A stretch of DNA of 32,000 bases from contig CAYXZW010000004.1 of assembly GCA_964469905.1 (NCBI GenBank), forward strand, positions 44,173-76,172, read 5' to 3'. A program made the position numbers and the translations under genes. Shown here piece after piece: positions 23,553 to 31,123 of the stretch. The notes under the pieces were generated by a model, which made no database searches, was not told the origin of the DNA, and saw only the letters and a list, made by a program, of their open reading frames with translations. Numbering within the stretch: position 1 is the stretch's first letter; the number at the start of each line of letters is the position of its first letter. The stretch comes from an uncultured Smithella sp. GTDB lineage: Bacteria > Desulfobacterota > Syntrophia > Syntrophales > Smithellaceae.

Positions 23553-25430
23553 TCATTGTGCAATTTTACTATTAATTTCCTTTAATCTTTCATAAATATT
23601 CTGATCGAACTTTATATACTCTAGATTAACGTTTGCTAATTTGCATAATGACTCTTTGCGTTTATCAAGTTCACGCCTATCTCTAAGACCATCTTCTCCT
23701 CCAAAAAACACAATCGGATCATAGTGTTGTTGACCATTATACTCAATTGCCAATTTTAATTCTGGAATGAATATGTCTAAGTGCTGTGGGCTTAACCATG
23801 ATGGGCGCGCATGTCGAATGATTTCTTTGTCCTTGAAGATATCTTTTGCTATGGTGAACATCATAGATTCAGATTTCCAAATGTCTGCACCGATTTCTAT
23901 TTCCCACCGTTCAGTTAACCACTTATGACAAAGCTTAATCATTTCTTTCCACTCTCTCATATTTCTGGGAGAATCTGGATATCGAAATTCTTCGTGCCAC
24001 GGAGAATTCTTCACTAGCTGAGCATTTTTACTAATCCATTTGCTGACAATATCACTTAATACCTCTTTGCCATCTGTATCTATCCATTTTTGAAGATTTA
24101 GTTCAGCCCAAGAAGATGTATCTGAGATATTTTCATATTTGAGTAGTTTATTATTCTTACCTTCTAAAGAATAGCCAATCGACGAAATATATTGAAATAT
24201 TCCAGTAAGTAAGTCAAGGCCAGTGATCGGAATGTTATTGCCAATTTTATATGTCAATAAATCAGAAAAAAATAAATTACGGATTACAGGGTGAGAGTAA
24301 AATAACTTTTGTAATGAATCTAATTTATTTCCCAATACTTCAAATAAATCTTCCCCTGAAATAATGATCATTATAAATGTTTTTACTATTTTATTTGTGG
24401 TACCCAAAGATATCAAATTTATGAAATCTTTTAAATATACATCATCTCTACTTTCAATGTAATTTTTTAATATTATTGACGCTTTGTATACGTTTGATTC
24501 CAAATTATTAATAAATAATAGGATATTTCTTGACTTATCGGTATGCCCTAATTGGATAGCAGCATTTATATCAATATGATCTATTGGTATTTTAATTTTA
24601 GGTATATTTCTTTTATTAAATGAAGCAATTTCCTTTTCAGATAAAATGAGTGCCTTCTGTATATGGATATTGAATTCATCTATGGATACTTTAAAAGTTT
24701 TGCGTATCTTTTCAATTAATTCTTTATCATCTACCTTATTTAATTTAGTAAGAGAAACAGTTGCCATTAATAAAAATGGTGTTAATGATGTAACTTTATT
24801 TTCAATTAAAATGAATTCCCCATCTTGAGTGTATATTGTTCCAACATGCAATTTCAATATCAAATCAAGGGTTGATTCCCAATCTGCAAGAAAGAAGTTA
24901 AGTTTGATTAACCTATCCCAATCTGTTGCATATCGATATTTAATCCATCCCGACGGATCTGAAGTCTCACTGGGAGGTTGTGAATAATAATATTTTGCCT
25001 TTGCATAATCACCTAATATCCATGAAATATGACCAAGCATTGAATAATTTTTAGACTTTTTGAATATTTTAATGGAATCTTCCAAGCAGCCACATAGGAG
25101 ATATAAATATACGAGATCATTTTCCATGGGAGGAGTATAATGATTTGTTTTCTTAATATCGGAGCATTCAAATATATATAAGCGTTCAAATTGGTTCAAT
25201 TCGGAATTATATGACTTGAAATTCGTTTCTATAACACTCCAAAACATAAGCACATCTAATGGATAATTTGACTGTAACCTATTACCAAGTCTGAATTTCG
25301 TGCCGTTATATATTGCTTCAACTTCCTTTATGTTTAATCGATACAAGTGTTCTCTCCTTTGTGGTGCTATTTTATTACCACTATAGAAGGTAATGCAGCA
25401 AATTACGTTTGTTAATGCTGATCTCTTCAA
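23553..25430 (-). CDS. large hypothetical protein with a C-terminal Vsr/DUF559-like PD-(D/E)xK endonuclease domain
   Basis: The C-terminus LSPQHLDIFIPELKLAIEYNGQQHY...RDRRELDKRKESLCKLANVNLEYIKF matches the D-x(n)-(I/L)E(Y/F).G.QH...D..K core of Vsr-like restriction-fold domains. The N-terminal ~480 aa are helical and unrecognised. The start is uncertain: the TTG at 25430 has no RBS, whereas the in-frame TTG at 25344-25346 follows AAGGAGAG. Confidence 0.55.
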   Translation of the reverse strand: MKRSALTNVICCITFYSGNKIAPQRREHLYRLNIKEVEAIYNGTKFRLGNRLQSNYPLDVLMFWSVIETNFKSYNSELNQFERLYIFECSDIKKTNHYTPPMENDLVYLYLLCGCLEDSIKIFKKSKNYSMLGHISWILGDYAKAKYYYSQPPSETSDPSGWIKYRYATDWDRLIKLNFFLADWESTLDLILKLHVGTIYTQDGEFILIENKVTSLTPFLLMATVSLTKLNKVDDKELIEKIRKTFKVSIDEFNIHIQKALILSEKEIASFNKRNIPKIKIPIDHIDINAAIQLGHTDKSRNILLFINNLESNVYKASIILKNYIESRDDVYLKDFINLISLGTTNKIVKTFIMIIISGEDLFEVLGNKLDSLQKLFYSHPVIRNLFFSDLLTYKIGNNIPITGLDLLTGIFQYISSIGYSLEGKNNKLLKYENISDTSSWAELNLQKWIDTDGKEVLSDIVSKWISKNAQLVKNSPWHEEFRYPDSPRNMREWKEMIKLCHKWLTERWEIEIGADIWKSESMMFTIAKDIFKDKEIIRHARPSWLSPQHLDIFIPELKLAIEYNGQQHYDPIVFFGGEDGLRDRRELDKRKESLCKLANVNLEYIKFDQNIYERLKEINSKIAQ

Positions 25431-25511
25431 CCGTAATTTAATAAGTGAGACTTACAACTAAAAAAGATATGGACGCAAAAATTGTATTTAAGATAATGGA
25501 CGTAACCTTAA

Positions 25512-26663
25512 TTATTTGACACATACAATATTACTTGGATATGTATACTGCTGTAGAATATTATTCACTTCATCTTTTTTTTCCTTCGGAAAATGTTCGG
25601 CAAGAATTTTCTCGTTATGATAAAATATACCGTAATTTCCACAGTCGAGGATGGTAGAAGATAGATTTTTTTGTTTGGCAAGTGGTTTATCCCATTCCTG
25701 TAAAGTATCGGCTATCTTAAGTAGCCATGATAGTGGCCTTTTGTTCATATCGAATATTTTTAAATATTTTGTGCAGGCTTTTAAAGCTTCTTCATACTGT
25801 TCAAGGTTGTGAAGAGCTACCGCAACAGCAGCTTGTAGAACAGAACTTGTTAAAAACGATGGATGCCATACAACTTTTGTGGATATAAGACATCCATTTT
25901 GATTATGCTTTGCATACGCCTCATTCATTAACCGCAATAATATTAAGGCACTAATTATTCCATGATCATAGTATACTTCACCCTTAAGAGGACTTTTACT
26001 TTGATAATTCATGTATTCTTTAATTGACACTTCAGGAATAGCACCATCTAACTGATCCAACAGATTAATACCTTCAAACATCCATATGTCTTCTATCTTG
26101 CTAATTTTGGTTTCATATAAACACAATACTTTATTAACCATGTCGATAATCTTCTTGGTTCCTTTTTTATTAAGAGATATTAGATAACCTAGGTCGTGCG
26201 ATAGTGATGACAGACGCCAACGATAAAGAAACTCTCCATATGGTGTTTCTCCGGAATATCTCCAATCCTGATCAATACCTAAATTTAAATCTGTTGTTGT
26301 TAATTTCATTTCTTTAGCAATTGAACTTTTGATATCAGGAACAATTTGATATAGGTACAATCCGAGAAGGAATACATTTAGCTGATGTATATAGTGAACA
26401 CGTTGTTGTTCATAGCTATAATGTCCTCCTAATTCAAAACATTTCAAGAGATCTAATATAGGTTCGACGTATCGGTTTTTTTCATGTTGGCTCAATACAA
26501 ATTGAATTAACTTCTTAGCGGATTCAACTGCATCATCAAAAATTGATTTATCAAGATATTCAAAAATGATTTGTTTGAATTCATCATTTGCATTCCATGA
26601 AAAATCACTTCCGAAAGAATGATCTCTATCAACCAGGGCTTTTATCTGTTGTTTAATATTCAT
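25512..26663 (-). CDS. HD-domain-like metal-dependent phosphohydrolase (divergent)
   Basis: RVHYIHQLNVFLLGLYLY (His) is followed about 50 aa later by LSSLSHDLGYLIS (HD), matching the H...HD spacing of the HD superfamily. The first ATG is at 26663; the track start at 26750 is a TTG inside the repeat region. Confidence 0.5.
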   Translation of the reverse strand: MNIKQQIKALVDRDHSFGSDFSWNANDEFKQIIFEYLDKSIFDDAVESAKKLIQFVLSQHEKNRYVEPILDLLKCFELGGHYSYEQQRVHYIHQLNVFLLGLYLYQIVPDIKSSIAKEMKLTTTDLNLGIDQDWRYSGETPYGEFLYRWRLSSLSHDLGYLISLNKKGTKKIIDMVNKVLCLYETKISKIEDIWMFEGINLLDQLDGAIPEVSIKEYMNYQSKSPLKGEVYYDHGIISALILLRLMNEAYAKHNQNGCLISTKVVWHPSFLTSSVLQAAVAVALHNLEQYEEALKACTKYLKIFDMNKRPLSWLLKIADTLQEWDKPLAKQKNLSSTILDCGNYGIFYHNEKILAEHFPKEKKDEVNNILQQYTYPSNIVCVK

Positions 26664-26686
26664 AATTATTTTCACATCCGTATTTA

Positions 26687-26745
26687 TAAGAAAATATGCA
26701 TTATGGAAACAATATTTTATTTTTAAGATTATGTTAGCATCTAAT
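26687..26745. repeat. direct repeat copy A flanking the McrBC cassette
   Basis: taagaaaatat-g-cattatggaaacaatattttatttttaagattatgttagcatctaata. Compare copy B at 30872-30945. The shared blocks taagaaaatat, cattatggaaaca and atttttaaga are identical. By eye, about 40 of ~48 positions match in the core. Confidence 0.7.
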
Positions 26746-26765
26746 AACAACTGTCCAGTAATGCG

Positions 26766-27113
26766 TCATTTTCCAGCCTTTTGATTATTTCGGGGAAGTG
26801 TTCCATTTCTGAGACGGTTTTCATAAGACCCCTCCTCCTTGCATCGATTGATAATGGTTGTTTCTTCAATTGGTTCTCCCATCGTCCAGTAAAGTAATCC
26901 ATCTTCTGCAAAGTATGTGAGAATGTGTTGGTAAAAGCGTCCTTCAAAACCGTGTTGATGGATGTGGCGAACTAATTCGTCGAAAAGCATGCTGTCGACC
27001 CGGTCTCGAACGATATATTCGTGGGGCCATTCCAGCATCGTCTTGGCAAACGTCCATTGTGCGGAGGCAATGAACTCCCGTAAAGCATTGGGCAAGGCAA
27101 CTGAAACACTCAT
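26766..27113 (-). CDS. small hypothetical protein translationally coupled to mcrC
   Basis: 115 aa. Its ATG (27111-27113) overlaps the mcrC stop (27110-27112) in an ATGA arrangement. It contains WTFAKTMLEWPHEYIVRD, a motif I recall from conserved hypothetical proteins but cannot assign to a family. Confidence 0.6.
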   Translation of the reverse strand: MSVSVALPNALREFIASAQWTFAKTMLEWPHEYIVRDRVDSMLFDELVRHIHQHGFEGRFYQHILTYFAEDGLLYWTMGEPIEETTIINRCKEEGSYENRLRNGTLPRNNQKAGK

Positions 27114-28300
27114 AATTTAAGACTCTGACACTCAGTGTTACGTAGAATGTCATCAGAACTGTGCGATTCATCAGGTAATACCACCACTCGCAGTAATTGC
27201 TTTCGTATTTCACTAGCTGTAGCCCCGAGGTCAACGGTTGCAAACCGTATTGCATGCCCTTGTATCACCACAGTTTCATCGACCATCTCATCTATCGAAG
27301 GGTGAAGAAGAAGCCCTGACGCATTGGATGCAAGCGGATTTCCATCGTCCTCCTGGGATCGGAGGTAGGCATATATTTGGTAAATGTACCCGCTACGCAA
27401 AGTATCTTCCCTGTACCATCCTTTCGTAACAATGGACGTGAATTTCGTGTCGATGACTATGCGTCGTCCGGTGTCGTGATGGTCAAGAATAACATCCGTC
27501 CGCATTGTAGGCAGAATCTTGTCTATTCCCGCTGTTTTTCTTTCTATAAGCCAGTTGATTGATTTCCCCGCATCGATATGCCATCCAGAACCGGACAACA
27601 CAACATCATAGAAACCTGCAACCGCCTTCTCGTAAAGACGCCTGACCCAATTGATTTCCCGGTCCGGAAGAGCCAGGAGTTTACTTCCTTGGGCTTCTGT
27701 TGGAAGCGATAGGTCGAAAGCAAGGTGTGCCGCCGCTGTCATACGCTGATCATCAGTATCATGGCACCCCAATCGATCGGCGGACACTTCAGACCGGCTG
27801 GGCTTCTCTCCTGTAACGCCGAGCCGTTTTAAACTGACCGCAAGCGCTCGGCATCGGTGCGCAAGGTCGGGGCGGAGAACTATTCCAGCTATTGCGTCAA
27901 GTGCTGCGCGAACGAAGCGATTGCGGGGTGTATTGACGGTGAGATCTTCAAATCGGCAGGCAACAAGTCCTCGTGCAAGAAGTTGATGACGCTCGGTGCT
28001 CAGAAGATCGATGTGCCCTCGAATTCGGCCAAGCACGGCTACTTTTGATCGGTAGCCAAAACTAAGGTTACGCATGAGCCGACGCTCCACCACACGAGCC
28101 AGAAGTTCTGCAACTAGGTCAGGAATGTCATCGGGATTATCCTCTATGGCAATCTTTCCTCGATCAAGTTGCCTGAAGAGCTCTGAGGCATAGAGCATCA
28201 GAAGCCATAGATTGCGAACAGGAATCCTGCCGATATGCCCAAGCTCCAAATGGGCAGGAATGTTTTTAATTGATGCCGTCATTGCCACCATCAGATCCAT
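27110..28300 (-). CDS. mcrC: McrC-like endonuclease subunit of a McrBC-type restriction system
   Basis: 396 aa, overlapping the mcrB stop by 10 nt. The C-terminal PD-(D/E)xK-like core is DVILDHHDTGRRIVIDTKFT ... YIYQIYAYL, as in McrC (D...(I/V)DTK(F/Y)...Q...Y). Confidence 0.8.
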   Translation of the reverse strand: MDLMVAMTASIKNIPAHLELGHIGRIPVRNLWLLMLYASELFRQLDRGKIAIEDNPDDIPDLVAELLARVVERRLMRNLSFGYRSKVAVLGRIRGHIDLLSTERHQLLARGLVACRFEDLTVNTPRNRFVRAALDAIAGIVLRPDLAHRCRALAVSLKRLGVTGEKPSRSEVSADRLGCHDTDDQRMTAAAHLAFDLSLPTEAQGSKLLALPDREINWVRRLYEKAVAGFYDVVLSGSGWHIDAGKSINWLIERKTAGIDKILPTMRTDVILDHHDTGRRIVIDTKFTSIVTKGWYREDTLRSGYIYQIYAYLRSQEDDGNPLASNASGLLLHPSIDEMVDETVVIQGHAIRFATVDLGATASEIRKQLLRVVVLPDESHSSDDILRNTECQSLKL

Positions 28301-30480
28301 TCTGTCAGCCGCTGCCGGGCTTTTCGGGCCTTATCGAGCGAGTCAAACCAGTATTCGTCCAGGAGTGGGCCGATTTCAGTTTCGACAACTTGCTTAAACC
28401 ATTCCCGAGCGTCACTGATCGGAATTTTGAAGGGCGGTGTCACATAGCTGTGGCCGATTCGGAACTGGCGACCGAGACCGGTATCCGCTGTTATCTCTTC
28501 GTTCAAGGCAAGAATTCTCTGCCTGATCTCTGAAAGTATTTCCGAATCCATGCCGCAATGTTTCTGTACCCATTCAAGCCATGTTTTCCCGAGCTCTGGC
28601 TCAAGATTAATAAATGCGAAACGCCGCCTCAGTGCCAAATCAACCAGCGCAATAGAACGATCCGCAATGTTCATCGTGCCAATAACATAAAAATTGTCGG
28701 GGATGAAAACACGTTCATCGTCTGCTCGTCGATAGCAAAGCTCCAATGCTTCCGTTGGTGTTCTTTTATCCACTTCAAGCAGCGTCAACATTTCACCGAA
28801 TATCTGAGCTGGATTGCCTCGGTTGATCTCTTCGATGACAATAACGTGCCGAACCGTGGGCTCTTTTAATGCGGCCTTTACCATTTCCATGAATGGACCG
28901 TCGACCAGCGATAACTTCCCTTCTCCGGTAGGCCGCCAACCACGCACAAAATCTTCATACGACAGATTGGGATGGAACTGTAACGCACGCACCTTTCTAT
29001 CGTTTCTCTGACCTATCAAAGCAAAAGCCAAGCGTCTTGCAAGCCATGTTTTTCCAGTACCGGGAGGCCCCTGGAGTATCAGATTTTTTTTTGTACGGAG
29101 CCGCTCAAGCATTTTCTCCAGTTTAGACGGCTCAACGAAACATCCATCAGCAAGAATGTCATCCACCGAGTAAGTCACAATGGGTGAAACTAATACTTCT
29201 TCCTCCGATATTGTATGATCTTCGCCGTCCAGCGGATCTGGCGGAGACGTCCCAGGGTCTTCAATCCAGGCAGCCAAGGATAGCTCAGGAAAGGAATGGA
29301 CCGGGTATGCTTCTTCCTCAAAGCGAGCTTCTAAAGTTTCCAGAACGGTTAGATAGTCATTTGCATTGCAGCGCCCCCTGGAGCCATTCATGCCGATTTT
29401 AATTCCCAACTTCATATCAATGTATCTTCGTGACTGACTATCCAGTGTCAGGTAATTCCATGGCCGAATCCAGTAAAGCCCCATTGTCAGATTCCAGCCA
29501 ACTCCGAACCTGTGAGTCGCATTGTCATAGGCTTTAATAAATGCAGACTGGGCTTCTGTGTCTTCTGATTTGGCAAAGCTAATTGCTTCTGCAAATATTT
29601 CCCAGAGAGTATCGATGTCGTCTGGCTGCCGGTCTCTTTCAAAACCAAAAAACCAAGATTTCTGGTTGTTGAGAACAGGTATCCCCTCAAATGAATCAGG
29701 AACCGATTCTTTCACGCCCAGAAATTTTGCCAACTCTGCTGCTATATTTTTTCGGTTGGCTTCAGTAATGCCTCGGTTGAAAATTCCCATGGTAGTGAAG
29801 GGGCAGATATCCTTAAGTGGGCCTGATGATCCATCTGCGAATTGATCCTGCAGATTCTTAAGTCCATCTACGCGTCCGGCAATATCATGAATTCCGGCAA
29901 CCAATTCGGCCCTTTTATCGCGGTATTCGAGAAGATGATCGGCGATGGCCTCATAGAATGTTGTCCAGTTGAATCTAGGCTTATCCACCGCGCTATCACC
30001 GAACCGCTCTCGCCAAAAGGGTGAATTCATAAACCGGCTCAGGTCTTGGGGTTTGTCATCAAAAGTAAATCCAATCAGAGCATCGGTAGCCCAATCGCCA
30101 GGTAGCACCCTCCAAACCGTTTTTCTAAAAGTGAAGAAGTACCATTCGCGCGGAGTCTTCATCTGATTCCAATCAACTTGAACCTTAAGGCCATCACCAG
30201 CATTAGCGGTTATTGTCCCGATTGCTTTGATCGCCATGGTAGAAACCCATTTTCCCCGATTATCGAAAAGCAGGTTGTTCTTGCGTACATAGGTCGACTT
30301 TATTGCAATGCGGTCACCGGGTGCCATTGATTTAACCATAGCTTTTTCCTTGTCATTGGGCATCCGTATTTCCCAAGTCCCCTCATCAATAAATCTTTGC
30401 GTCTGATCGTCAGTTCCTCCGAAAGCTGCTCCAACAAACCAGCAAGCTCGTGCACCGACTCCCTCTATCTTCGAATTCAT
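28291..30480 (-). CDS. mcrB: McrB-like AAA+ GTPase with a long non-canonical N-terminal region
   Basis: LILQGPPGTGKTWLARRLA is Walker A. FHPNLSYEDFVRGWRP and VIVIEEINRGNPAQIFGEMLTLLE carry Walker B and the McrB signature. IGTMNIADRSIALVDLALRRRFAF matches MNxxDRS. The ~450-aa N-terminal part (ACWFVGAAFGG...PGDRIAIKSTY...) is not the E. coli McrB DUF3578-type reader. Confidence 0.9.
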   Translation of the reverse strand: MNSKIEGVGARACWFVGAAFGGTDDQTQRFIDEGTWEIRMPNDKEKAMVKSMAPGDRIAIKSTYVRKNNLLFDNRGKWVSTMAIKAIGTITANAGDGLKVQVDWNQMKTPREWYFFTFRKTVWRVLPGDWATDALIGFTFDDKPQDLSRFMNSPFWRERFGDSAVDKPRFNWTTFYEAIADHLLEYRDKRAELVAGIHDIAGRVDGLKNLQDQFADGSSGPLKDICPFTTMGIFNRGITEANRKNIAAELAKFLGVKESVPDSFEGIPVLNNQKSWFFGFERDRQPDDIDTLWEIFAEAISFAKSEDTEAQSAFIKAYDNATHRFGVGWNLTMGLYWIRPWNYLTLDSQSRRYIDMKLGIKIGMNGSRGRCNANDYLTVLETLEARFEEEAYPVHSFPELSLAAWIEDPGTSPPDPLDGEDHTISEEEVLVSPIVTYSVDDILADGCFVEPSKLEKMLERLRTKKNLILQGPPGTGKTWLARRLAFALIGQRNDRKVRALQFHPNLSYEDFVRGWRPTGEGKLSLVDGPFMEMVKAALKEPTVRHVIVIEEINRGNPAQIFGEMLTLLEVDKRTPTEALELCYRRADDERVFIPDNFYVIGTMNIADRSIALVDLALRRRFAFINLEPELGKTWLEWVQKHCGMDSEILSEIRQRILALNEEITADTGLGRQFRIGHSYVTPPFKIPISDAREWFKQVVETEIGPLLDEYWFDSLDKARKARQRLTEWI

Positions 30481-30568
30481 AGATTCTCCTCATAATGGTT
30501 TTCTGCATCATTGCAAAAGACAAGAGTTATAGAAATTGTCCTAAATTTCATTTATATTATCCATACGC

Positions 30569-30739
30569 CTATTTTTCTGCAAATGCGATAACGAAAACAC
30601 GATTAGCCTCAACCTTTCTCCATGGTAGCGGATTCGCATTATTCCCGTAATACGCCTCGGTGATCTATCCATAGACTGCCCCAGTTGTATCTGCATTATC
30701 GCCTAGGTTAACGGCCATAGAAAATAAGCTGTTAAACAT
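30569..30739 (-). pseudogene. remnant of the 3' end of an ADP-ribosylglycohydrolase (DraG/ARH family) gene
   Basis: Minus-strand translation gives MFNSLFSMAVNLGDNADTTGAVYG*ITEAYYGNNANPLPWRKVEANRVFVIAFAEK*. This matches the family's C-terminal GGD(T/S)DT.(G/A)A(I/V).G...GA.YG...IP..W...L pattern. There is an in-frame TAG at 30665-30667 and no intact upstream ORF. Weaker similarity may continue to about 30830 in other frames. Confidence 0.6.
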
Positions 30740-30871
30740 TTACAGCTTTCATACCGGAGTCAATGATCAGGCCTGCGTATCAAAACAAACGACTTGTATT
30801 TGAAGTCTGGAATGCTAGCGCAATGATTAATTCTAAACTTGCCCAGCAGACACCACATTAACCAGTATTTT

Positions 30872-30945
30872 TAAGAAAATATATTTAAGATTTCATACAT
30901 TATGGAAACATTTTTTATTTTTAAGAGTATATAACATCCAATACT
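30872..30945. repeat. direct repeat copy B flanking the McrBC cassette
   Basis: taagaaaatat-atttaagatttcata-cattatggaaacattttttatttttaagagtatataacatccaatact. It is the same element as 26687-26745, with a ~15-nt insertion and scattered mismatches. Confidence 0.7.
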
Positions 30946-31123
30946 ATGCCATGTTTGTCATTAATTTGATTTAAGAATTACGGCATTAAACAAACATTGA
31001 AGGCGTCGCCATAATGTCATACGCATACATAGAAAACTGTGTGGCTATCTAGGTAAGTTAAAACATAGCGAAGAGCCCTTTGTTCTTTATATCGTGTCAT
31101 TTTGTGGTTACTTTGAGCTGGGA

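Noticed and set aside
26741-27255. ORFs 26741..26947 (68 aa) and 26944..27255 (103 aa).
   Set aside because: They are alternative frames overlapping the better-supported 115-aa ORF and the 3' end of mcrC. They show no motifs or coupling signals.
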